A stretch of 64,000 bases of DNA from Macrostomum hystrix (GCA_950097015.1 CATNEN010000037.1:2728001-2792000); one strand, 5' to 3'; shown: positions 47,034-58,500, numbered from the stretch's first letter. Notes: generated by a model from the sequence alone, not told the origin. Translations and numbers: made by a program.

Positions 47034-48704
47034 GGGTTATGATCACTTGGGCAACAAATCACTTTGGCGACAGTCATTTTGGCAAATTGACTTTGGCAAC
47101 AATTTTTTGATCACTTAGGTGACAAAAGGATTACTTGTTGGCCATTTAATTACAGGAGATAATTGTACTTTAAAATGGGTATGACATTTGTTTTATAACA
47201 ATACATTAATGTCAGTAGTATTTTGCAAGTTTTATATATAACTTATATATATATTCATATCTTCTCCGCCTACAGTGAGAGGCCTGCCAAGTTTATTAAT
47301 TGAATTTTAACCCAGCCAAATCTGCCCTAGCCCATTGTACACACTTCAATATTGAACAAATCAGACCCCTCAATAGAAATGACTTGCAGCACCCTCTCTC
47401 CACCAATGCACAGAGGCAGTTAGAATGTGCGTACTGGGCCACATCTCCTCCCCATTTTCAAATTGACTGCCAACCCTCCACTGGAGAGACAATACACTAA
47501 ACAGATAGGCCAAAATGATAGGCTAGGCACAATCACATTTACCGACTCCAGTTATTCAGCTTAAAAGAAAGTCTATACTATTTGGTTTGGTCTATAAATT
47601 CAAGGGAGGCAGTTTTACACTGATGAAAAGCATTTCTAGCTTAGAGGTTAACAATGAATGGCCACCATGCTGTTCACCCATCAAATTTCTGTCCTGAATG
47701 CTCTGCTGCCATTTGTCTGGTGTATGTAGAGGACACTTGTAGAGGTGTATGTGATAATGACATTGAGGCCATTACCATTGATGATCCAGCACCTCTTCCT
47801 CTAGTGACTGATAAAGCTAATTATTGTAAATTCAAGGTCATCAATGGCAGACTGACAAAGCAAAAATATGTTCTTGTCATTGACGGTGTTTATTCTTTCA
47901 TAGTCAGCTGCTGTAGAGAAACAAGTATGTATTGGAGATGCACACAACACAATGCTCACACCCGTTGTAATGCAATAGTGGTACAGTGTGGAAACATCAT
48001 CTCCAAAGGAATTACAGCTCATAGCCATCTTGCTCAACATACACCAGCTGCAAGAGCAAGACTAAGGCAATGGGTGATCAGACAGGTGGCTTCAAACCTA
48101 TTTGTTTTGGCCAACCAGATAGCTTGTGTGGAGATTCTTGAGCATCATGCCACTTTTGGAAATGTGAGTACTTAAAAAGGTGGTACAATGCCCTCTATAC
48201 ATACTACTATTTCTATCTACAAAACATTTTACCATAACTTAATGTACCATTATGTAGACTGCTCCAAATCCAACAGCTGCTACAAAACTGGCATAAGCAG
48301 CAAATTGACAGGGCAGCAAGCTTGTCTAGAAGAACCAGCTAACTTAGAGCTCAAGATTCAACAGCACAGCAGGCCATGCCAGAGGGCTTTCTACAGTTCT
48401 CCTAGAGGCTTGTAGTCATCTTAATGGACCTTAATTCTAACTCTAACACACTAGCATAGTCTGAAACTTTGTGCATGATCAACTACGTAAATAGTTTTAA
48501 CATAAAACTTTAAACATAAAATATAAAATATAAAAAGCAAATATTTTATCAACATTGTTTTATGATAGAGTTGGGTATAATTATTGCCTATAATTTATTG
48601 TTGCCTAAGTGATCAAAACTTGTTGCCAAAGTCAATTCGCTGAAATGACTTGTCGCCAAAATGACTGTCACCGAAGTGACTTATCGCTAAAGTGATTGGT
48701 ACCC
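47034..48704 (+). mobile_element. Non-autonomous Mutator-like (MULE/Phantom-type) DNA transposon with internally repetitive TIRs of about 100 bp
   Basis: GGG...CCC termini; imperfect TIRs (47034-47130 versus 48601-48704) built of GACAAGTCATTTTGGC-like subrepeats; 8-bp TSD ATTTATTT at 47026-47033 and 48705-48712; internal FLYWCH ORF. Confidence 0.82.
47654..48175 (+). pseudogene. Truncated transposase fragment with FLYWCH zinc finger
   Basis: VLVIDGVYSF...MYWRC...RCNA...HSH pattern; no DDE catalytic domain within the element. Confidence 0.75.
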
Positions 48705-49014
48705 ATTTATTTACTATTATTTAGTAACTAACCAAGTGCCATAGTAAATAAATAGAAATATAATTATTAAAAATTGGTAGGCCTTAGATAAGTCATGGTA
48801 GGCCCTATAAATTAAAATTAATGAGTAGGCCTAGTCTAGATGTCCAACACAGGCAAAATATTGTGTCCTAATTTTCTGCTGCTTTTAGGCCCTATGTGCC
48901 TTATTATTACATAGTAGAGGTCTAGCTAATTGTGTTGCCTGTTAGGCCAGAAAAGGCCTGTATTGCATAGGATAGGCCCTAAGACAAACTCACAACATCA
49001 ACCAATTGGCACAT

Positions 49015-49400
49015 TAGTGACATTTTACCGCACAGTAAAAACAGAATTTATCACACTGTTTAAATAACCTCATTTCAGGCTTGGACTTGGACTATGCAGT
49101 AGACTATGCGGAATTTACCGCACAGTGAAGTTAGTGGTTTTTACCGCACTGTTTATAGCCGAGCCGCCTATGGGCTTGCTGCAGTCATGAATGAGGTGAA
49201 CTTTCCCATTGACCATTGTCTTTAGCAATGCGGCAAGAGGGCTCACCATAGTTGGCTTTTTGGCAACCACCAGATCTACCATTGTCGATCTCCTATTTAT
49301 AAACAGTGCGGTAAAAACCGCTAACTTCACCACAGGGTAATGTGTTGCCATTACTATGCGGTAAAGTTAGCAGTTTTTACCGCGCGGTAAAATGTTGCTA
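49015..49400. mobile_element. MITE-like element with nested inverted repeats
   Basis: CATTTTACCGCACAGTAAAAAC versus GTTTTTACCGCGCGGTAAAATG; an inner arm GTGAAGTTAGTGGTTTTTACCGCACTGTTTATA is inverted at about 49296-49330. Confidence 0.7.
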
Positions 49401-49611
49401 ACATCAATTGGCAATTATAAGTAGCCCCCCTATTACCATAGGCCCTAATCTGCCAATTATAAATATTTTGGTGCAAATTGAAATAACTAAAAGCTACTTA
49501 TAATAGGGGCTTACATCCAAAATTGTATTTGTGGTCTCAGTGTAGGCCTATATAAAATTTTTAATGAAAAGGCTAAGTGAGTGATCCTAGTAGTGTTAAT
49601 ACTGCAAAGCA

Positions 49612-49700
49612 TACATGGTACATCATTTGGTGACACTAGACCCACAGCCTGCGAGTTGACAATTCTGACCATTTCGCTGACTCTCGAGCAAACACCCAAG
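49612..49700. repeat. Dispersed repeat of about 85 bp, second copy at about 59801-59876
   Basis: CATCATT(T/A)GGTGACACTAGACCC...CCATTTCGCTGACTC shared in direct orientation. Confidence 0.8.
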
Positions 49701-50024
49701 GTCTGCAAGTCCCGAGGTCTGCAAGTCCCGACGTCTGCAAGTTCGAGGTCTGCACAGTTCTTGAGGTTCAATTTTTTTGCTTTCTTTCCTTAAAAACGAA
49801 AGGAGCTAAGATTTAGATGTAAGATTTAAATGAATTAGTAAGGTTTAAAAAAATACTCAACACTTTCGTTTGCTCAAGGTGCTCATGTTTTGAAAGTAAT
49901 TTTAATATTCTGTTTTGTTATACTCTTTGCTGTATACAAAAAGCTAGTTTTCCTGGAAAACGGGAAGTAGTGTGCGTTTGTGTGCATTGTCTTTAAAGTA
50001 CTGGCTGTTGCTACGACGATAATT

Positions 50025-50190
50025 TGGGGTGCTGGTCACTTCGTTAACTGCCATTTCGTCAAATGGTCGTCAAATGGACTCATCCCTGTATTTGGTCACT
50101 TCCTCAACTACCCGATCAAGCCATCTCAAAGTTTGGTAACTTCGTCAACTAGCTATCGGGCCAACTCAAACTCTAGTCACCGTCAACTAT
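50025..50190. mobile_element. Solo terminus of the same MITE family as 38120-38612
   Basis: GGTCACTTCGTTAACTGCCATTTCGTCAAATGGTC...CTGTATTTGGTCACTT aligns to the reverse complement of 38480-38610. Confidence 0.7.
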
Positions 50191-51063
50191 CCAATTATGC
50201 AATAACTGTTTACATACTGTATATAATGCTATAATATATATAAAATACTATACTGTATACTTAGTCTGTGCGCAAGGCGGAAAGTCATGGTTTGTAGTTG
50301 AGAGCCGAAAGGTATAGTATAGGCATAATTCATAAAGGAGTTTACATATATATTTGCTTTTGTTTAATTGCATCTCAAAGTGAGTGCAATTATCATTTCT
50401 TATCTTTTCATCCTTTTCCATTCTGGGTTTGGGACCAGACAATGGCAGAGTTACTGCCAGTTTTTACTGGCTATCATTAATACAGCTAAAAGAGATCACA
50501 AATATCACGAAGAAAAACTTAATTTATGTTAACTTTTAAATACAATAAAAATAATAAGAAGAAACTAAAAGTTAAGTTAGAGCTAGCCTACTTACTGCTA
50601 CTTAATGCTGCTGCTGCTGCTGCTGCCTGTTCTCAAACTGAGGGATGTTGCTAAGGCATGCATAGCATTACAGAGAGGTTAGCTTTTCCATTCAATTCTG
50701 TTTTATTATTATTATATAGCTCAATGTTTCATTGTCTGTCAAATAAATGGAGGGGCTCCTAAACAGTGTTTTGCGTTTTTGTTTTTTCATTGCTTGTTTT
50801 TTAGATGCGCTTTCTTTCTGCTCATTAGTTGGATACACTTTGCCAAATAGGTCTCAACTTGCATGTTGCATCTCTAGCCACTCATACTGTGGTTGGTTCT
50901 GATGCTCCTGCACTTGGTTATCTAGCACTGTATCAATTTAGTTACATAAGCAAAAGTTTGTTAATATAGGTTTTAATAAAAAATTTAAATACTCTTAACT
51001 TTCAATAACAACAGTAATTATTATTTAATTTTTGGTTTGTTTAACTCTACAACCATTACCACA

Positions 51064-51350
51064 TAGGCCTACATACATGCGCAACCTCCCAAATCTTAGC
51101 CGGCCGTGCAACTTAGTTTTTGCTCTCATTTGCGACTTAGTTCATTTCATTGCTCTATTTACGACTTAGTTTGCTCTCATTTGCTCTCTTTTTCTCTCCC
51201 CTTTTTCCTTTTCTTCACGCCTTCCTTTTTTGTCCCTTGGTCCCCCCTTTGATTTTTTGCGCTTGGTCTATTGGTTTTTGCAACTTACCTTGCTTGGCCC
51301 TTGTTTCACCCAGCCGGGTTGGCCGGGTGTTGCGCATGTATGTAGGCCTA
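51064..51350. mobile_element. MITE-like element with perfect 22-bp TIR TAGGCCTACATACATGCGCAAC (terminal TA may be the TSD)
   Basis: 51064-51085 is the exact reverse complement of 51329-51350. Confidence 0.75.
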
Positions 51351-51484
51351 TATTCATTTAAAGAAAGAAAGCATCATAGCATTGCTTACTTTTCTCTGGT
51401 TCTTTGTTCATAGAAGATGGCATTATTTTCTATAATTTTATTGTGTTTTTAATACAATTATGTTTTATTGCCAGTACATTGCAG

Positions 51485-51665
51485 CACTGGCGCCCCTTTT
51501 CGGCCGCTGGCGCCCCTTTTTCAGCCGCTGGCGCCCCTTTTTCAGCCGCTGGCGCCCCTTTTTCAGCCGCTGGCTCCCCTTTTTCAGCCGCTGGCTCCCG
51601 TTTTTCAGCCGCTGGCGCCCGATCTTGGCTCCTGGTGCCCTTTTTCGGCCGCTGGCACCCCCTCT
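51485..51665. repeat. Minisatellite, 21-bp unit GCGCCCCTTTTTCAGCCGCTG, about 8 copies
   Basis: Tandem copies. Confidence 0.92.
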
Positions 51666-52874
51666 GTGATTCTCATGGCGCTCCCCTTATAGACCGCCCC
51701 AAAACAAAATTCCTGGATCTGCCACTGACTGTATAGAGGAGTGGCTAAGAGACATGTTTCTAAAGAAGTAATCAAGGGGGGGCTGTTTGGACAAACTTTT
51801 CACTTATTTTTTACTTAAAACGCCCTTAGACAAACTCTTCACTTTTCATTAATGCAGTAAATAAATAAATGGTGACCTTCACTATAAAGTCAATACAGAG
51901 ACGTGAATTGCTTACTGCTTTGCTTTAAATTTCTGCCCCAAAAACAACGGGCAAAAAAAGCTAGTATTTATATAGGCCTATATTTTTTTTCAGAATGTTG
52001 TAGGGACAAATCAAATTAAATATCACATTAGAACATAAATATAAGTTAAGCATTTCATTTTTTCTTATATAGCTCATATAGGGATTCAGTTTGGAATTCT
52101 AGGATTTTAGACCTGGGGCTTTAAAAGCCAAGCACTGAGAATGTGGCTATAGAAATTTAATTTTGAAAATTTCCAAAAATAACACAAGTTTAAGCTAAAA
52201 CCTAAATTCGAAACCAAATGTTTTGCTTCACTTAAAAAAATTCTAATAAAAATTTCTGAAAGTTCAAAATACCTATTGTTATAGAATTCCAAAACCAAAA
52301 GCTAATATTCAGAACCAACACTAGTTTATTGCTAGCTACTCATAGTCATACAGTATTTTTATCAATACCTTCAATAGTGGACTATAAGTATATTTTATTT
52401 GTCACTTCAGTCAGTTTTACAAAGTTCAAAATAAGAGCTTTGATCTCTCTATAGATAGCTGTTGATTTGCTGTGCAAGTAGAATATACAAGACAACTTGT
52501 AAGGAAATATGAGTATTGCAGTGAATAAAAGTGCAAACAGGCAAAAATGAGGAATTATGAGCTAAATAGCTTTACAACAAAAGATAAAAAACTTGAATTT
52601 GTATTTATTATACACTCTTATTTTCTATTCAGCCTAGTTAGTTAAGTCAGCTATATATAGTAGAATGGAAGCATGAACTTGGTAGTTACATAGCCATATT
52701 AGTTAACAGTACTATTTTGTAGTCACACATGTGAACAATTCGTCCTTTTTAAATTACATATTGTTTTCTATATGCAAAATATTTTATCTTGAATATTGTC
52801 TCACTTTATTTTTGTCTGTAAAACGTTATATACTACTCAATAGTAACCCAGAAAGCTGGCCATTTCCTCTACAG

Positions 52875-55478
52875 TCGGACAAGCGCCTTATTGTGGTGCT
52901 GGAATCTGCCAGCCTGGAGACTGCCAAGGTAGGCGGCGAGTATGTCCTGTTGCAGGCCGATCGGCACCGGGACCGCATCAAGAAGCTGGGCAAGGAGCCC
53001 GCTGACTACCGCCCAGACATTGCCCACCAGTGCCTGCTGATGCTGCAGGACTCGCCTCTGAACAGGACTGGCCTGTTGCAGGTGTTTGTGCGCACAAATC
53101 GAAATGTGCTGATACAGGTGGATCCGCAGACCCGGATACCTCGCACCTTTGATAGGTTTGCTGGCCTAATGGTACAACTGCTGCACAAGCTGGCTATTCA
53201 CGCTGCCGATGGAAATAGGAAGAAACTGCTAAGGGTGCGACCTTTGCGCTTGTGTTTAATTGTATTCGAGCTTAGTTTCTTATCATCGCAGATCTCACAT
53301 CCCAATAGTAAATGCCCCTCACATGACACACATTTAATGTGTCGCTTTGTATCCAAGCTTCAATCTTAATAGCTAGTCTCTCTCCCAGATCCCATCTTGA
53401 TAGCTAGTCTTTCCCAGATCCCATCTTGATAGTCCCTGTCCCAGATCCCATCTTGATAGCTAGTCTTTCCCAGATCCCATCTTGATAGTCTCTGTCCCAG
53501 ATCCCATCTTGATAGCTAGTCTTTCCCAGATCCCATCTTGATAGTCTCTCTCCCAGATCCCATCTTAATAGTCCCTGTCCCAGATCCCATCTTGATAGCT
53601 AGTCTTTCCCAGATCCCATCTTGATAGTCCCTGTCCCAGATCCCATCTTGATAGTCTCTCTCCCAGATCCCATCTTGATAGTCCCTGTCCCAGATCCCAT
53701 CTTGATAGTCTCTCTCCCAGATCCCATTCTTAATAGCTAGTCTTTCCCAGATCCCATCTTGATAGTCCCTGTCCCAGATCCCATCTTGATAGCTAGTCTT
53801 TCCCAGATCCCATCTTGATAGTCTCTCTCCCAGATCCCATCTTGATAGCTAGTCTTTCCCAGATCCCATCTTGATAGTCTCTCTCCCAGATCCCATCTTA
53901 ATAGTCCCTGTCCCAGATCCCATCTTGATAGCTAGTCTTTCCCAGATCCCATCTTGATAGTCCCTGTCCCAGATCCCATCTTGATAGTCTCTCTCCCAGA
54001 TCCCATCTTGATAGTCCCTGTCCCAGATCCCATCTTGATAGTCTCTCTCCCAGATCCCATTCTTAATAGCTAGTCTTTCCCAGATCCCATCTTGATAGTC
54101 CCTGTCCCAGATCCCATCTTGATAGCTAGTCTTTCCCAGATCCCATCTTGATAGTCTCTCTCCCAGATCCCATCTTGATAGCTAGTCTTTCCCAGATCCC
54201 ATCTTGATAGTCCCTGTCCCAGATCCCATCTTGATAGTCTCTCTCCCAGATCCCATCTTGATAGTATCTCTCCCAGATCCCATTCTTGATAGCTAGTCTT
54301 TCCCAGATCCCATCTTGATAGTCTCTCTCCCAGATCCCATCTTGATAGTCTCTCTCCCAGATCCCATCTTGATAGTCTCTCTCCCAGATCCCATTCTTGA
54401 TAGCTAGTCTTTCCCAGATCCCATCTTGATAGTCCCTGTCCCAGATCCCATCTTGATAGCTAGTCTTTCCCAGATCCCATCTTGATAGTCCCTGTCCCAG
54501 ATCCCATCTTGATAGCTAGTCTTTCCCAGATCCCATCTTGATAGTCCCTGTCCCAGATCCCATCTTGATAGCTAGTCTTTCCCAGATCCCATCTTGATAG
54601 TCCCTGTCCCAGATCCCATCTTGATAGTCTCTCTCCCAGATCCCATTCTTAATAGCTAGTCTTTCCCAGATCCCATCTTGATAGTCCCTGTCCCAGATCC
54701 CATCTTGATAGCTAGTCTTTCCCAGATCCCATCTTGATAGTCTCTCTCCCAGATCCCATCTTGATAGCTAGTCTTTCCCAGATCCCATCTTGATAGTCCC
54801 TGTCCCAGATCCCATCTTGATAGTCTCTCTCCCAGATCCCATCTTGATAGTATCTCTCCCAGATCCCATTCTTGATAGCTAGTCTTTCCCAGATCCCATC
54901 TTGATAGTCTCTCTCCCAGATCCCATCTTGATAGTCTCTCTCCCAGATCCCATCTTGATAGTCTCTCTCCCAGATCCCATTCTTGATAGCTAGTCTTTCC
55001 CAGATCCCATCTTGATAGTCCCTGTCCCAGATCCCATCTTGATAGTCCCTGTCCTAGATCCCATCTTGATAGTCTCTCTCCCAGATCCCAGATTTTAAGT
55101 CAAACATTTTTACCGTTGCTGTTATTTTTTGTTTCAACTGCCTCAAAATTCTCCTCCAACCAGGTGATAAAAAATCCCATCACAAATCACCTGCCGGCTC
55201 AGGCGCATAAGTTCACCACCTCGGTGCAGGCGGACGCTCGCCTAGAGGAGCAGCTGACCAGAACTCCCATTGGGGATCAGCCGGTTGTTTTTGTCATAGG
55301 CGCAGTGGCTCACGGCTCGATCTCGGTTGACTACGCAGAGGGTTCCGTCTCTCTCAGCGGCTACCCGCTGTCTGCTGCTCTGGCCTGCGCCAAGCTAACC
55401 AACCATTTTGAATCTTATTGGCGCGTTGAAGAATTGCGCGAAAATACTAACGGTACTACTGCCGACGACCGGTCCTAA
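52875..55478 (+). CDS. EMG1: EMG1/Nep1 18S rRNA pseudouridine N1-methyltransferase (SPOUT); exons 52875-53234 and 55164-55478; start codon not found in the genome
   Basis: RLIVVLESASLETAKVG, RPDIAHQCLLMLQDSPLN, PQTRIPRTFDRFAGLMVQLLHKL, VIKNPITNHLP, VFVIGAVAHG, YPLSAALACAKL are family motifs; phase-0 GT-AG intron. Confidence 0.95.
53365..55090. repeat. Minisatellite, 27-30 bp units on core CCCAGATCCCATCTTGATAG, filling the EMG1 intron
   Basis: Tandem copies with 333-bp and 586-bp block duplications. Confidence 0.97.
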
Positions 55479-55569
55479 AAGTAGCCTGTTAAGCGCTTCA
55501 ATGACTACTGGAACCGATTGATAGCCGAATTTTAGTCGTTTAACTATCCACATGGGTGCATTGCCTCAG

Positions 55570-55930
55570 ACAGTTCTGATTGGTCGCTAACGCTCAACCT
55601 AGGCATATTACCCTAGGACAGTTCTGATTGGTTGCTAACCCTTCACCTAGGCTCAAAACCCTAGGACAGTTTTGATTGGTCGCTGACCCTCGACCTGGGC
55701 ACATTACCCTACGATAGTTCTGATTGGTCGCTGACCCACCACCGAGGCACATTACCCTAGGACAGTTCTGATTGGTCGCTGACCCTCCACCTGGGCACAT
55801 TACCCTAGGACAGTTCTGATTGGTGGCTAACCCTCCATCTGGGCACATTACCCTAGGACAGTTCTGATTGGTCGCTGACCCTCCACCTGGGCACTTACCC
55901 TAGGACAGTTCTGATTGGTAGCTAACCCTC
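55570..55930. repeat. Minisatellite, 48-bp unit CCCTAGGACAGTTCTGATTGGTCGCTGACCCTCCACCTGGGCACATTA, about 7 copies
   Basis: Tandem copies between EMG1 and the next ORF. Confidence 0.93.
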
Positions 55931-56247
55931 TGAGGAATAGTTTCATTAAATTTCGCTAAAATCATGATATTATTTATTGGTTCGTAGCTTCAATCGACTT
56001 TAATGCATTTTGCTTTTTATTCTAGTAGTGCATTGTTTTGGCTAAAACCTGGTCAGCGATCGAGAAACAATTGAATTAGTTGTGAATAATTGCAATTATA
56101 ATTGCTGTTTTTGTGTACTTATGTATGCTCTTTGGCTTTGTCTTTGGTTGTCTTTTTATTTTTATTTACCTAGTAAGATAATGACAGTCCTAAAGTGGTA
56201 GTTTCCATTCTCTGAATAATACGTTGACTAATTTCAGCACAGTTGCA

Positions 56248-56598
56248 ATGCATTCGCATTCCCTAGTCTTGCCGCTGCTGCTGCTGCTGCTGCACTCAGT
56301 CGCCGGCGTCACATTGGAAGAAGCTCTTCGCCAGCCGGAATATTACATTCGCTACGACACCAGCAGCTTCAACTCCGGAGTACAGGCAGCCCTGGCCATG
56401 CTGATCTGCCTGGTCTCTCTTGGCTCAATCTGGCTCATTGCCCAGGGCTGCTCAGCTTTCGTATTTCGTCGACGTAGACGCGCCGGTGGTGCTTCTGGTC
56501 GCTGGGGTGACTCACTGTCCTCGTCGAAGTCGCCAACTTCGGGATTTCTAGTCGATGCCGGGCACACGGACAATTTTGATGCCGACAATGGCTTCTGA
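56248..56598 (+). CDS. Small (116 aa) type-I single-pass membrane protein of unknown family
   Basis: Signal peptide MHSHSLVLPLLLLLLHSVAG, short ectodomain, TM segment AALAMLICLVSLGSIWLIAQGCSAFVF, RRRRR stop-transfer; GC-rich island in AT-rich DNA; acceptor TTTCAG 11 nt before the ATG. Confidence 0.72.
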   Translation: MHSHSLVLPLLLLLLHSVAGVTLEEALRQPEYYIRYDTSSFNSGVQAALAMLICLVSLGSIWLIAQGCSAFVFRRRRRAGGASGRWGDSLSSSKSPTSGFLVDAGHTDNFDADNGF

Positions 56599-56654
56599 CG
56601 CGTTATGCTGATTGATTTGGCAACCTGTTTTGCGCGCAATAGAGCTTCAGGCTA

Positions 56655-58500
56655 ACAATCAGGGGTGTAGGATCAGGTGTTAGTTGATCACCTGAACAAT
56701 CAGGGGTGTAGGATCAGGTGTTAGTTGATCACCTGAACAATCAGGGGTGTAGGGTGTAGGATCAGGTGTTAGTTGATCTCCTGAACAATCAGGGGTGTAG
56801 GATCAGGTGTTAGTTGATCACCTGAACAATCAGGGGTGTAGGGTGTAGGATCAGGTGTTAGTTGATCTCCTGAACAATCAGGGGTGTAGGATCAGGTGTT
56901 AGTTGATCACCTGAACAATCAGGGGTGTAGGGTGTAGGATCAGGTGTTAGTTGATCACCTGAACAATCAGGGGTGTAGGATCAGGTGTTAGTTGATCACC
57001 TGAACAATCAGGGGTGTAGGATCAGGTGTTAGTTGATCTCCTGAACAATCAGGGGTGTAGGATCAGGTGTTAGTTGATCTCCTGAACAATCAGGGGTGTA
57101 GGATCAGGTTTTAGTTGATCACCTGAACAATCAGGGGTGTAGGGTGTAGGATCAGGTGTTAGTTGATCTCCTGAACAATCAGGGGTGTAGGATCAGGTGT
57201 TAGTTGATCACCTGAACAATCAGGGGTGTAGGATCAGGTGTTAGTTGATCACCTGAACAATCAGGGGTGTAGGATCAGGTGTTAGTTGATCACCTGAACA
57301 ATCAGGGGTGTAGGATCAGGTGTTAGTTGATCTCCTGAACAATCAGGGGTGTAGGATCAGGTTTTAGTTGATCACCTGAACAATCAGGGGTGTAGGGTGT
57401 AGGATCAGGTGTTAGTTGATCTCCTGAACAATCAGGGGTGTAGGATCAGGTGTTAGTTGATCACCTGAACAATCAGGGGTGTAGGATCAGGTGTTAGTTG
57501 ATCACCTGAACAATCAGGGGTGTAGGATCAGGTGTTAGTTGATCACCTGAACAATCAGGGGTGTAGGATCAGGTGTTAGTTGATCACCTGAACAATCAGG
57601 GGTGTAGGGTGTAGGATCAGGTTTTAGTTGATCACCTGAACAATCAGGGGTGTAGGGTGTAGGATCAGGTGTTAGTTGATCACCTGAACAATCAGGGGTG
57701 TAGGGTGTAGGATCAGGTGTTAGTTGATCACCTGAACAATCAGGGGTGTAGGATCAGGTGTTAGTTGATCACCTGAACAATCAGGGGTGTAGGATCAGGT
57801 GTTAGTTGATCACCTGAACAATCAGGGGTGTAGGATCAGGTGTTAGTTGATCACCTGAACAATCAGGGGTGTAGGATCAGGTGTTAGTTGATCACCTGAA
57901 CAATCAGGGGTGTAGGGTGTAGGATCAGGTGTTAGTTGATCACCTGAACAATCAGGGTGTAGGATCAGGTGTTAGTTGATCACCTGAACAATCAGGGGTG
58001 TAGGATCAGGTGTTAGTTGATCACCTGAACAATCAGGGGTGTAGGATCAGGTGTTAGTTGATCACCTGAACAATCAGGGGTGTAGGCTCAGGTGTTAGTT
58101 GATCTCCTGAACAATCAGGCGTGTAGGATCAGGTGTTAGTTGATCACCTGAACAATCAGGGGTGTAGGATCAGGTGTTAGTTGATCTCCTGAACAATCAG
58201 GGGTGTAGGATCAGGTGTTAGTTGATCTCCTGAACAATCAGGGGTGTAGGATCAGGTGTTAGTTGATCTCCTGAACAATCAGGGGTGTAGGGTGTAGGAT
58301 CAGGTGTTAGTTGATCACCTGAACAATCAGGGGTGTAGGATCAGGTGTTAGTTGATCACCTGAACAATCAGGGGTGTAGGATCAGGTGTTAGTTGATCAC
58401 CTGAACAATCAGGGGTGTAGGATCAGGTGTTAGTTGATCACCTGAACAATCAGGGGTGTAGGATCAGGTGTTAGTTGATCACCTGAACAATCAGGGGTGT
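56655..58500. repeat. Minisatellite, 41-bp unit AACAATCAGGGGTGTAGGATCAGGTGTTAGTTGATCACCTG (48-bp variant), about 43 copies
   Basis: Tandem copies. Confidence 0.98.

Noticed and set aside
56655-58500. CRISPR-like palindromic repeat of CRISPR-like length
   Set aside because: Units are head-to-tail with no unique spacers, there are no cas genes, and the context is eukaryotic. The same applies to all other arrays.
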